The translations under genes and the position numbers were made by a program. Below the pieces are notes generated by a model, which saw nothing but the letters and a program-made list of their open reading frames with translations, was not told the origin of the DNA and searched no databases. DNA of 34,292 nt from Nemertoderma westbladi (lineage: Eukaryota; Animalia; Xenacoelomorpha): the NCBI GenBank assembly GCA_032718475.1, contig JAUCBJ010001741.1:1-34292 (forward strand), given 5' to 3'. Within the stretch, counting starts at the first letter, position 1, and each line of letters begins with the position of its first letter. Of this stretch, positions 9,201 through 21,750 are shown piece after piece.

Positions 9201-12200
9201 TACGTTTAAGGGGTGACTTCTGCTCACGTTTTGCTGTAGAGAACTCGCCTCGTTTAAGTTTAAGGGGTGACTTCTACTCACGTTTTGCTGTAGAGAACTC
9301 GCCTCGTTTAAGTTTAAGGGGTGACTTCTACTCACGTTTTGCTGTATAGAGAACTCGCCTCGTTTACGTGTAAGGGGTGACTTCTACTCACGTTTTGCTG
9401 TAGAGAACTCGCCTCGTTTAAGTTTAAGGGGTGACTTCTACTCACATTTTGCTGTAGAGAACTCGCCTCGTTTACGTTTAAGGGGTGACTTCTACTCACG
9501 TTTTGCTGTAGAGAACTCGCCTCGTTTAAGTTTAAGGGGTGACTTCTACTCACGTTTTGCTGTAGAGAACTCGTCTCGTTTACGTTTAAGGGGTGACTTC
9601 TACTCACGTTTTGCTGTAGAGAACTTGCCTAGTTTACGTTTAAGGGGTAACTTCTACTCACGTTTTGCTGTACAGAGAACTCGCCTCGTTTACGTTTAAG
9701 GGGTGACTTCTGCTCACGTTTTGCTGTAGAGAACTCGCCTCGTTTACGTTTAAGGGGTGACTTCTACTCACGTTTTGCTGTAGAGAACTCGCCTCGTTTA
9801 AGTTTAAGGGGTGACTTCTACTCGCGTTTTGCTGTACAGAGAACTCGCCTCGTTTACGTTTAAGGGGTGACTTCTGCTCACGTTTTGCTGTAGAGAACTC
9901 GCCTCGTTTAAGTTTAAGGGGTGACTTCTGCTCACGTTTTGCTGTAGAGAACTCGCCTCGTTTACGTTTAAGGGGTGACTTCTACTAACGTTCTGCTGTA
10001 GAGAACTCGCCTCGTTTACGTTTAAGGAGTGACTTCTGCTCACGTTCTGCTGTAGAGAACTTGCCTAGTTTACGTTTAAGGGGTGACTTCTACTCACGTT
10101 TTGCTGTAGAGAACTCGCCTCGTTTAAGTTTAAGGGGTGACTTCTACTCACGTTTTGCTGTAGAGAACTCGCCTCGTTTAAGTTTAAGGGGTGACTTCTA
10201 CTCACGTTTTGCTGTAGAGAACTCGCCTCGTTTACGTTTAAGGGGTGACTTCTACTCACGTTTTGCTGTAGAGAACTCGCCTCGTTTACGTTTAAGGGGT
10301 GACTTCTACTCACGTTTTGCTGTAGAGAACTCGCCTCGTTTAAGTTTAAGGGGTGACTTCTGCTCACGTTTTGCTGTAGAGAACTCGCCTCGTTTACGTT
10401 TAAGGGGTGACTTCTACTCACGTTTTGCTGTAGAGAACTCGCCTCGTTTACGTTTAAGGGGTGACTTCTACTCACGTTTTGCTGTACAGAGAACTCGCCT
10501 CGTTTACGTTTAAGGGGTGACTTCTGCTCACGTTTTGCTGTAGAGAACTCGCCTCGTTTAAGTTTAAGGGGTGACTTCTGCTCACGTTTTGCTGTAGAGA
10601 ACTCGCCTCGTTTAAGTTTAAGGGGTGACTTCTACTCACGTTTTGCTGTAGAGAACTCGCCTCGTTTACGTTTAAGGGGTGACTTCTACTCACGTTTTGC
10701 TGTAGAGAACTCGCCTCGTTTAAGTTTAAGGGGTGACTTCTACTCGCGTTTTGCTGTACAGAGAACTCGCCTCGTTTACGTTTAAGGGGTGACTTCTGCT
10801 CACGTTTTGCTGTAGAGAACTCGCCTCGTTTAAGTTTAAGGGGTGACTTCTGCTCACGTTTTGCTGTAGAGAACTCGCCTCGTTTACGTTTAAGGGGTGA
10901 CTTCTACTAACGTTCTGCTGTAGAGAACTCGCCTCGTTTACGTTTAAGGAGTGACTTCTGCTCACGTTCTGCTGTAGAGAACTTGCCTAGTTTACGTTTA
11001 AGGGGTGACTTCTACTCACGTTTTGCTGTAGAGAACTCGCCTCGTTTAAGTTTAAGGGGTGACTTCTACTCACGTTTTGCTGTAGAGAACTCGCCTCGTT
11101 TAAGTTTAAGGGGTGACTTCTACTCACGTTTTGCTGTAGAGAACTCGCCTCGTTTACGTATAAGGGGTGACTTCTGCTCACGTTTTGCTGTAGAGAACTC
11201 GCCTCGTTTACGTTTAAGGGGTGACTTCTACTCACGTTTTGCTGTAGAGAACTCGCCTCGTTTAAGTTTAAGGGGTGACTTCTGCTCACGTTTTGCTGTA
11301 GAGAACTCGCCTCGTTTAAGTTTGAGGGGTGACTTCTACTCACGTTTTGCTGTAGAGAACTCGCCTCATTTACGTTTAAGGGGTGACTTCTGCTCACGTT
11401 TTGCTGTAGAGAACTCGCCTCTTTTAAGTTTAAGGGGTGACTTCTACTCACGTTTTGCTGTAGAGAACTCGCCTCGTTTAAGTTTAAGGGGTGACTTCTA
11501 CTCACGTTTTGCTGTACAGAGAACTCGCCTCGTTTACGTTTAAGGAGTGACTTCTACTCACGTTTTGCTGTACAGAGAACTCGCCTCGTTTACGTTTAAG
11601 GGGTGACTTCTGCTCACGTTTTGCTGTAGAGAACTCGCCTCGTTTACGTTTAAGGGGTGACTTCTACTCACGTTTTGCTGTACAGAGAACTCGCCTCGTT
11701 TAAGTTTAAGGGGTGACTTCTACTCACGTTTTGCTGTATAGAGAACTCGCCTCGTTTACGTTTAAGGGGTGACTTCTGCTCACGTTTTGCTGTAGAGAAC
11801 TCGCCTCGTTTAAGTTTAAGGGGTGACTTCTGCTCACGTTTTGCTGTAGAGAACTCGCCTCGTTTAAGTTTAAGGGGTGACTTCTACTCACGTTCTGCTG
11901 TAGAGAACTTGCCTAGTTTACGTTTAAGGGGTGACTTCTACTCACGTTCTGCTGTAGAGAACTTGCCTAGTTTACGTTTAAGGGGTGACTTCTACTCACG
12001 TTTTGCTGTAGAGAACTCGCCTCGTTTAAGTTTAAGGGGTGACTTCTACTCACGTTTTGCTGTATAGAGAACTCGCCTCGTTTACGTTTAAGGGGTGACT
12101 TCTGCTCACGTTTTGCTGTAGAGAACTCGCCTCGTTTAAGTTTAAGGGGTGACTTCTGCTCACGTTTTGCTGTAGAGAACTCGCCTCGTTTACGTTTAAG

Positions 12201-15200
12201 GGGTGACTTCTGCTCACGTTTTGCTGTAGAGAACTCGCCTCGTTTAAGTTTAAGGGGTGACTTCTACTCACGTTTTGCTGTAGAGAACTCGCCTCGTTTA
12301 CGTTTAAGGGGTGACTTCTACTCACGTTTTGCTGTACAGAGAACTCGCCTCGTTTACGTTTAAGGGGTGACTTCTGCTCACGTTTTGCTGTAGAGAACTC
12401 GCCTCGTTTAAGTTTAAGGGGTGACTTCTACTCACGTTTTGCTGTAGAGAACTCGCCTCGTTTAAGTTTAAGGGGTGACTTCTACTCACGTTCTGCTGTA
12501 GAGAACTTGCCTAGTTTACGTTTAAGGGGTGACTTCTACTCACGTTCTGCTGTAGAGAACTCGCCTAGTTTACGTTTAAGGGGTGACTTCTGCTCACGTT
12601 TTGCTGTAGAGAACTCGCCTCGTTTACGTTTAAGGAGTGACTTCTGCTCACGTTCTGCTGTAGAGAACTTGCCTAGTTTACGTTTAAGGGGTGACTTCTA
12701 CTCACGTTTTGCTGTAGAGAACTCGCCTCGTTTAAGTTTAAGGGGTGACTTCTACTCACGTTTTGCTGTAGAGAACTCGCCTCGTTTACGTTTAAGGGGT
12801 GACTTCTGCTCACGTTTTGCTGTAGAGAACTCGCCTCGTTTAAGTTTAAGGGGTGACTTCTACTCACGTTTTGCTGTACAGAGAACTCGCCTCGTTTACG
12901 TTTAAGGGGTGACTTCTACTCACGTTTTGCTGTACAGAGAACTCGCCTCGTTTACGTTTAAGGAGTGACTTCTACTCACGTTTTGCTGTACAGAGAACTC
13001 GCCTCGTTTACGTTTAAGGGGTGACTTCTGCTCACGTTTTGCTGTAGAGAACTCGCCTCGTTTACGTTTAAGGGGTGACTTCTACTCACGTTTTGCTGTA
13101 CAGAGAACTCGCCTCGTTTACGTTTAAGGGGTGACTTCTGCTCACGTTTTGCTGTAGAGAACTCGCCTCGTTTAAGTTTAAGGGGTGACTTCTGCTCACG
13201 TTTTGCTGTAGAGAACTCGCCTCGTTTAAGTTTAAGGGGTGACTTCTACTCACGTTTTGCTGTAGAGAACTCGCCTCGTTTACGTTTAAGGGGTGACTTC
13301 TACTCACGTTTTGCTGTAGAGAACTCGCCTCGTTTAAGTTTAAGGGGTGACTTCTACTCGCGTTTTGCTGTACAGAGAACTCGCCTCGTTTACGTTTAAG
13401 GGGTGACTTCTGCTCACGTTTTGCTGTAGAGAACTCGCCTCGTTTAAGTTTAAGGGGTGACTTCTGCTCACGTTTTGCTGTAGAGAACTCGCCTCGTTTA
13501 CGTTTAAGGGGTGACTTCTACTAACGTTCTGCTGTAGAGAACTCGCCTCGTTTACGTTTAAGGAGTGACTTCTGCTCACGTTCTGCTGTAGAGAACTTGC
13601 CTAGTTTACGTTTAAGGGGTGACTTCTACTCACGTTTTGCTGTAGAGAACTCGCCTCGTTTAAGTTTAAGGGGTGACTTCTACTCACGTTTTGCTGTAGA
13701 GAACTCGCCTCGTTTAAGTTTAAGGGGTGACTTCTACTCACGTTTTGCTGTAGAGAACTCGCCTCGTTTACGTATAAGGGGTGACTTCTGCTCACGTTTT
13801 GCTGTAGAGAACTCGCCTCGTTTACGTTTAAGGGGTGACTTCTACTCACGTTTTGCTGTAGAGAACTCGCCTCGTTTAAGTTTAAGGGGTGACTTCTGCT
13901 CACGTTTTGCTGTAGAGAACTCGCCTCGTTTAAGTTTGAGGGGTGACTTCTACTCACGTTTTGCTGTAGAGAACTCGCCTCATTTACGTTTAAGGGGTGA
14001 CTTCTGCTCACGTTTTGCTGTAGAGAACTCGCCTCTTTTAAGTTTAAGGGGTGACTTCTACTCACGTTTTGCTGTAGAGAACTCGCCTCGTTTAAGTTTA
14101 AGGGGTGACTTCTACTCACGTTTTGCTGTACAGAGAACTCGCCTCGTTTACGTTTAAGGAGTGACTTCTACTCACGTTTTGCTGTACAGAGAACTCGCCT
14201 CGTTTACGTTTAAGGGGTGACTTCTGCTCACGTTTTGCTGTAGAGAACTCGCCTCGTTTACGTTTAAGGGGTGACTTCTACTCACGTTTTGCTGTACAGA
14301 GAACTCGCCTCGTTTAAGTTTAAGGGGTGACTTCTACTCACGTTTTGCTGTATAGAGAACTCGCCTCGTTTACGTTTAAGGGGTGACTTCTGCTCACGTT
14401 TTGCTGTAGAGAACTCGCCTCGTTTAAGTTTAAGGGGTGACTTCTGCTCACGTTTTGCTGTAGAGAACTCGCCTCGTTTAAGTTTAAGGGGTGACTTCTA
14501 CTCACGTTCTGCTGTAGAGAACTTGCCTAGTTTACGTTTAAGGGGTGACTTCTACTCACGTTCTGCTGTAGAGAACTTGCCTAGTTTACGTTTAAGGGGT
14601 GACTTCTACTCACGTTTTGCTGTAGAGAACTCGCCTCGTTTAAGTTTAAGGGGTGACTTCTACTCACGTTTTGCTGTATAGAGAACTCGCCTCGTTTACG
14701 TTTAAGGGGTGACTTCTGCTCAAGTTTTGCTGTAGAGAACTCGCCTCGTTTAAGTTTAAGGGGTGACTTCTGCTCACGTTTTGCTGTAGAGAACTCGCCT
14801 CGTTTACGTTTAAGGGGTGACTTCTGCTCACGTTTTGCTGTAGAGAACTCGCCTCGTTTAAGTTTAAGGGGTGACTTCTACTCACGTTTTGCTGTAGAGA
14901 ACTCGCCTCGTTTAAGTTTAAGGGGTGACTTCTACTCACGTTTTGCTGTATAGAGAACTCGCCTCGTTTACGTGTAAGGGGTGACTTCTACTCACGTTTT
15001 GCTGTAGAGAACTCGCCTCGTTTAAGTTTAAGGGGTGACTTCTACTCACGTTTTGCTGTAGAGAACTCGCCTCGTTTAAGTTTAAGGGGTGACTTCTACT
15101 CACGTTCTGCTGTAGAGAACTTGCCTAGTTTACGTTTAAGGGGTGACTTCTACTCACGTTCTGCTGTAGAGAACTTGCCTAGTTTACGTTTAAGGGGTGA

Positions 15201-18200
15201 CTTCTACTCACGTTTTGCTGTAGAGAACTCGCCTCGTTTAAGTTTAAGGGGTGACTTCTACTCACGTTTTGCTGTATAGAGAACTCGCCTCGTTTACGTT
15301 TAAGGGGTGACTTCTGCTCACGTTTTGCTGTAGAGAACTCGCCTCGTTTAAGTTTAAGGGGTGACTTCTGCTCACGTTTTGCTGTAGAGAACTCGCCTCG
15401 TTTACGTTTAAGGGGTGACTTCTGCTCACGTTTTGCTGTAGAGAACTCGCCTCGTTTAAGTTTAAGGGGTGACTTCTACTCACGTTTTGCTGTAGAGAAC
15501 TCGCCTCGTTTAAGTTTAAGGGGTGACTTCTACTCACGTTTTGCTGTATAGAGAACTCGCCTCGTTTACGTGTAAGGGGTGACTTCTACTCACGTTTTGC
15601 TGTAGAGAACTCGCCTCGTTTAAGTTTAAGGGGTGACTTCTACTCACATTTTGCTGTAGAGAACTCGCCTCGTTTACGTTTAAGGGGTGACTTCTACTCA
15701 CGTTTTGCTGTAGAGAACTCGCCTCGTTTAAGTTTAAGGGGTGACTTCTACTCACGTTTTGCTGTAGAGAACTCGTCTCGTTTACGTTTAAGGGGTGACT
15801 TCTACTCACGTTTTGCTGTAGAGAACTTGCCTAGTTTACGTTTAAGGGGTAACTTCTACTCACGTTTTGCTGTACAGAGAACTCGCCTCGTTTACGTTTA
15901 AGGGGTGACTTCTGCTCACGTTTTGCTGTAGAGAACTCGCCTCGTTTACGTTTAAGGGGTGACTTCTACTCACGTTTTGCTGTAGAGAACTCGCCTCGTT
16001 TAAGTTTAAGGGGTGACTTCTACTCGCGTTTTGCTGTACAGAGAACTCGCCTCGTTTACGTTTAAGGGGTGACTTCTGCTCACGTTTTGCTGTAGAGAAC
16101 TCGCCTCGTTTAAGTTTAAGGGGTGACTTCTGCTCACGTTTTGCTGTAGAGAACTCGCCTCGTTTACGTTTAAGGGGTGACTTCTATTAACGTTCTGCTG
16201 TAGAGAACTCGCCTCGTTTAAGTTTAAGGGGTGACTTCTACTCACGTTTTGCTGTAGAGAACTCGCCTCGTTTAAGTTTAGGGGTGACTTCTACTAACGT
16301 TTTGCTGTACAGAGAACTCGCCTCGTTTACGTTTAAGGAGTGACTTCTACTCACGTTTTGCTGTAGAGAACTCGCCTCGTTTACGTTTAAGGGGTGACTT
16401 CTACTCACGTTTTGCTGTAGAGAACTCGCCTCGTTTAAGTTTAAGGGGTGACTTCTACTCACGTTTTGCTGTAGAGAACTCGTCTCGTTTACGTTTAAGG
16501 GGTGACTTCTACTCACGTTTTGCTGTAGAGAACTTGCCTAGTTTACGTTTAAGGGGTAACTTCTACTCACGTTTTGCTGTACAGAGAACTCGCCTCGTTT
16601 ACGTTTAAGGGGTGACTTCTGCTCACGTTTTGCTGTAGAGAACTCGCCTCGTTTACGTTTAAGGGGTGACTTCTACTCACGTTTTGCTGTAGAGAACTCG
16701 CCTCGTTTAAGTTTAAGGGGTGACTTCTACTCGCGTTTTGCTGTACAGAGAACTCGCCTCGTTTACGTTTAAGGGGTGACTTCTGCTCACGTTTTGCTGT
16801 AGAGAACTCGCCTCGTTTAAGTTTAAGGGGTGACTTCTGCTCACGTTTTGCTGTAGAGAACTCGCCTCGTTTACGTTTAAGGGGTGACTTCTATTAACGT
16901 TCTGCTGTAGAGAACTCGCCTCGTTTACGTTTAAGGAGTGACTTCTGCTCACGTTCTGCTGTAGAGAACTTGCCTAGTTTACGTTTAAGGGGTGACTTCT
17001 ACTCACGTTTTGCTGTAGAGAACTCGCCTCGTTTAAGTTTAAGGGGTGACTTCTACTCACGTTTTGCTGTAGAGAACTCGCCTCGTTTAAGTTTAAGGGG
17101 TGACTTCTACTCACGTTTTGCTGTAGAGAACTCGCCTCGTTTACGTATAAGGGGTGACTTCTGCTCACGTTTTGCTGTAGAGAACTCGCCTTGTTTACGT
17201 TTAAGGGGTGACTTCTACTCACGTTTTGCTGTAGAGAACTCGCCTCGTTTAAGTTTAAGGGGTGACTTCTGCTCACGTTTTGCTGTAGAGAACTCGCCTC
17301 GTTTAAGTTTGAGGGGTGACTTCTACTCACGTTTTGCTGTAGAGAACTCGCCTCATTTACGTTTAAGGGGTGACTTCTGCTCACGTTTTGCTGTAGAGAA
17401 CTCGCCTCTTTTAAGTTTAAGGGGTGACTTCTACTCACGTTTTGCTGTAGAGAACTCGCCTCGTTTAAGTTTAAGGGGTGACTTCTACTCACGTTTTGCT
17501 GTACAGAGAACTCGCCTCGTTTACGTTTAAGGAGTGACTTCTACTCACGTTTTGCTGTACAGAGAATTCGCCTCGTTTACGTTTAAGGGGTGACTTCTGC
17601 TCACGTTTTGCTGTAGAGAACTCGCCTCGTTTACGTTTAAGGGGTGACTTCTACTCACGTTTTGCTGTACAGAGAACTCGCCTCGTTTACGTTTAAGGGG
17701 TGACTTCTGCTCACGTTTTGCTGTAGAGAACTCGCCTCGTTTAAGTTTAAGGGGTGACTTCTGCTCACGTTTTGCTGTAGAGAACTCGCCTCGTTTAAGT
17801 TTAAGGGGTGACTTCTACTCACGTTTTGCTGTAGAGAACTCGCCTCGTTTACGTTTAAGGGGTGACTTCTACTCACGTTTTGCTGTAGAGAACTCGCCTC
17901 GTTTACGTTTAAGGGGTGACTTCTACTCACGTTTTGCTGTACAGAGAACTCGCCTCGTTTACGTTTAAGGGGTGACTTCTGCTCACGTTTTGCTGTAGAG
18001 AACTCGCCTCGTTTAAGTTTAAGGGGTGACTTCTGCTCACGTTTTGCTGTAGAGAACTCGCCTCGTTTACGTTTAAGGAGTGACTTCTACTCACGTTTTG
18101 CTGTAGAGAACTCGCCTCGTTTACGTTTAAGGGGTGACTTCTACTCACGTTTTGCTGTACAGAGAACTCGCCTCGTTTACGTTTAAGGGGTGACTTCTGC

Positions 18201-19250
18201 TCACGTTTTGCTGTAGAGAACTCGCCTCGTTTAAGTTTAAGGGGTGACTTCTGCTCACGTTTTGCTGTAGAGAACTCGCCTCGTTTACGTTTAAGGGGTG
18301 ACTTCTGCTCACGTTTTGCTGTAGAGAACTCGCCTCGTTTACGTTTAAGGAGTGACTTCTGCTCACGTTCTGCTGTAGAGAACTTGCCTAGTTTACGTTT
18401 AAGGGGTGACTTCTACTCACGTTTTGCTGTAGAGAACTCGCCTCGTTTAAGTTTAAGGGGTGACTTCTACTCACGTTTTGCTGTAGAGAACTCGCCTCGT
18501 TTACGTTTAAGGGGTGACTTCTGCTCACGTTTTGCTGTAGAGAACTCGCCTCGTTTAAGTTTAAGGGGTGACTTCTACTCGCGTTTTGCTGTACAGAGAA
18601 CTCGCCTCGTTTACGTTTAAGGGGTGACTTCTGCTCACGTTTTGCTGTAGAGAACTCGCCTCGTTTAAGTTTAAGGGGTGACTTCTACTCACGTTTTGCT
18701 GTAGAGAACTCGCCTCGTTTAAGTTTAAGGGGTGACTTCTACTCACGTTTTGCTGTAGAGAACTCGCCTCGTTTACGTTTAAGGGGTGACTTCTGCTCAC
18801 GTTTTGCTGTAGAGAACTCGCCTCGTTTAAGTTTAAGGGGTGACTTCTACTCACGTTTTGCTGTAGAGAACTCGCCTCGTTTAAGTTTAAGGGGTGACTT
18901 CTACTCACGTTTTGCTGTAGAGAACTCGCCTCGTTTACGTTTAAGGGGTGACTTCTGCTCACGTTTTGCTGTAGAGAACTCGCCTCGTTTAAGTTTAAGG
19001 GGTGACTTCTGCTCACGTTTTGCTGTACAGAGAACTCGCCTCGTTTAAGTTTAAGGGGTGACTTCTACTCACGTTTTGCTGTAGAGAACTCGCCTCGTTT
19101 AAGTTTAGGGGTGACTTCTACTAACGTTTTGCTGTACAGAGAACTCGCCTCGTTTACGTTTAAGGAGTGACTTCTACTCACGTTTTGCTGTACAGAGAAC
19201 TCGCCTCGTTTACGTTTAAGGGGTGACTTCTACTCACGTTTTGCTGTACA
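6250..19250. repeat. 13-kb satellite array, 54-bp monomer with 56-bp variants, roughly 240 copies
   Basis: Consensus ctcgcctcgttta(c/a)gtttaaggggtgacttct(a/g)ctcacgttttgctgta[ca/ta]gagaa, head-to-tail with no spacers and very high identity. The array ends with a 5-bp gtaca duplication at 19251-19255. Confidence 0.99.
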
Positions 19251-19409
19251 GTACAGAGAGAATAGCGAGTAGCCGTGTTGAACGTAGGTGCATTATTCAG
19301 CGATAAGACCTCTTACCGTTTGGGAAATATTCTGCCTACTGTAATTTACAAACCATAATATAAATTGTTAAATATTTAATTTGTTGATAAATCAACTCAT
19401 TTTGGGTGC

Positions 19410-19485
19410 AACCAGGCCTAGTTATGTGGGTGTTACCTTAGCAACAAGACAGTTATTGTGGGCGTAGTGTAACCTTGGCAACAAG
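19410..19485 (+). repeat. Left copy of the ~76-bp direct repeat flanking the LINE; carries two X-box motifs
   Basis: Aligns with 21138-21215 with a few substitutions and a 2-bp indel. It contains GTTACCTTAGCAAC at 19432 and GTAACCTTGGCAAC at 19469. Confidence 0.85.
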
Positions 19486-21137
19486 CCAACCAACCACCAA
19501 GGTTAAGGCAGAATCAAAAGCCGATCGCCTCAATAATGGTTGGAAGGCCCACTTTGAAAAGCTTCTTAATAATGACAGGGTATTGCCTGGTAACTTTATA
19601 GAAGTAAAAGTGTCGAGTCTGTACTCCCAGATATTCCCATTGGCGATATCTCCTTTGCAGAAGTGAAGGCTGCTGCAAAGAGCATTAAGACCAATCGTGC
19701 CATGGGCCTAGATGGTGTTCCCCCTGAGGTCTTTAAAATACCTGTGTGTTTAAAGCCCATCTATCCCATCATAGTAGACATGTACAGAACAACAAGAGTC
19801 CCACAAGAAATTAAAACAAATACGTTGGTGCCAGTTCCCAAGAAGGGCAAAATAACACTTCTCTGGTTCTTTTCGGGGAATCTCATTGATCTCGATTGCT
19901 GCAAAGCTATAAAATAGAATTCTATTAAATCGAATCAGGGATCCCATTGAGAGACTGCTCCGTGGAAATTAGAATGGGTTCCGTAACGGTCGTGGGACCA
20001 TGGAGCCATTTTGGCACTTAGAAGGATAATTGAAGAGTTGTCAAAAAGGAAAAACAGGCATCTGGCTGTTATCTTTGTTGACTCCTTCAAGGCCTTTGAT
20101 TCAGTCTCTCGCTCACGTATGTTCAGCATACTTTCATTATATGGGATTCCTGATAAAATTATTACAGCAATCAGATTATTATACGATGGTTCGACAACAT
20201 TTGTGTCTACTGTTGACGGTGACACAGAAGCATTTATAGTGTTATGGGGAGTCCTCCAGGGAGACAGACACACTTGCGCCATTCTTGTTCATAATTGTGG
20301 TTGACTATGTTCTGTACCTAACTGATCTAGACTTTGCTGAGACTTATGAGTACTCTCAAAGTCACTAGAGGGAGTCCAACGGCTCCTCAGCTCATTAGAA
20401 CATGCTGCTTCTAGTGTTGGTCTTTTTATTAACTCCAAAAAGAGTAAACTTTGAAAGTCCTCAGCAAGTCTCTGACCGGATGAGCATAAGCTCAAAGGAT
20501 GGTATGCTTGAGCATGTGGACGACTTCTGTTACCTGGGATCATGGATCCGGAAGTCAGGTGAGGACCTTCGAATACGTAAGGGAAAAAAGGCATGGGCAG
20601 CCTTGAATAGGCTTTCCAGGATTTAGAAGTCAAGTAGAATTAATCGGAAACGTAAGGTCCGATTATTTAGAGCAACAGTAGTTCCAGTACTCCTCTATGA
20701 GAGTCCATGCTGGGCTCTAACTGCTGAGGACACCAAATCTCTGGATGGCACGTTCACGAGAATGCTACGCCGGGTTCATTATGTCAAGTACAATGCACAC
20801 ATCTCCAACCACACAATATATAACATTGCAGGTGTCTTATTGGTTCCCCCAAGCTTGACACTAGAACAAAACCGCCTCCGCTTTGCAGGACATTGCTTTC
20901 GCCGTGAGGACCAGCCAGTGCATAATCTTTTACTTTGGCAGCCTCATGGAGTGAATAAGCATGGTGGACAGCGCATGACTTTCTTGAGACGCATCTTAAA
21001 GGACACTGGCCTTGAAGATACGGATGATCTAGCAAATGTCATGGGTGATAAGGAGTTGTGGCGACGCAATTTTGTCGACAAGCCGGCACAGCATTCTTAA
21101 AAATGTAGCTGCAATGCTGCATGCCGATCGTAGTAGT
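19486..21137 (+). mobile_element. 5'-truncated, decayed non-LTR retrotransposon (RTE-like LINE reverse transcriptase)
   Basis: Colinear RT motifs across frameshifts and stops: WKAHFEKLLN, AMGLDGVPPEVFK, LVPVPKKG, ALRRIIE, FVDSFKAFDSV, GVLQGD, LTDLDFA (catalytic DD lost), FCYLGSWI, LDGTFTRMLRRV, RLRFAGHCFR. The stop is at 21100 and a short (GTA)n tail lies at ~21130-21137. Confidence 0.92.
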
Positions 21138-21364
21138 AACAAGGCGTAGTTATGTGAGTGTTACCTTAGCAACAAGACATAGTTATTGTGGGCGTAGTGT
21201 AACCTTTGCAATCAGGCGTAGTTATGTGGGTGTTACCTTAGCAACAAAAAGTAGGCCCTAGTTATTGTGGGTTTTACCTTAACAACAGGCGTACTTATGT
21301 GGGTGTTACCTTAGCAACAAGAGGCGTAGTTATTGTGGTGTTATCTTAGCAACAAGGCGAAGTT
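21138..21364 (+). promoter_or_regulatory. Tandem ~33-41-bp repeat carrying RFX X-box motifs, directly upstream of the decarboxylase ATG
   Basis: GTTACCTTAGCAAC (fits GTNRCC-N0-3-RGYAAC) occurs at 21160, 21232 and 21305, with degenerate copies at 21199, 21273 and 21340. The repeat is certain; regulatory function is inferred. Confidence 0.6.
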
Positions 21365-21731
21365 ATGAATGCCAATGAGTTTCGTGTTTACGGCAAAGAG
21401 ATGGTGGACTACATAGCCGACTATCTCGAGACAGTTGAACAACGCCGAGTGCTTCCAGACGTGCAACCGGGCTACCTACGGAAACTTGTGCCACGGGAGG
21501 CGCCATCTAGCGGGGAACATTGGCGGGATATATTTGCGGATGTAGAGGGAGTCATCATGCCAGGTATAACCCATTGGCAGCATCCCGGTTTCCATGCCTA
21601 CTTCCCTTCGGGGAACTCCTACCCCAGTATTCTCGGAGATATGCTCGCCGCCGGTATTGGTTGCATCGGGTTTAATTGGGCTTCGAGTCCCGCATGCGCC
21701 GAACTCGAATCTCTCGTCATGGATTGGTTAG
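21365..21731 (+). CDS. Tdc: Tyrosine decarboxylase-like (group II PLP-dependent aromatic amino acid decarboxylase), exon 1
   Basis: [22 protein letters not shown]...[29 protein letters not shown]...[19 protein letters not shown]. There is an in-frame upstream TAG at 21347 and a G|GTAAGA donor (phase 1). Confidence 0.93.
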
Positions 21732-21750
21732 GTAAGAGTCTAATATATTT

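Noticed and set aside
6392-19016. Repetitive ORFs in the 54-bp satellite (SRSHPLNVNEASSLQQNV / RGDFYSRFAVENSP)
   Set aside because: They are artefacts of a unit length divisible by 3, and are broken at random by the 56-bp variants.
6250-19250. CRISPR array (the TTCTAC...GTAGA stem superficially resembles a Cas12a repeat)
   Set aside because: The units are head-to-tail with no unique spacers, there are no cas genes, and the context is eukaryotic.
19195-19259. Idea that the LTR starts at the far end of the satellite (minus-strand TGTACAG...) and the array is an amplified LTR tip
   Set aside because: The inverted-repeat symmetry places TGT/ACA termini exactly at 4668 and 6249, so the array is better read as flanking DNA. 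This cannot be fully excluded without the second LTR.
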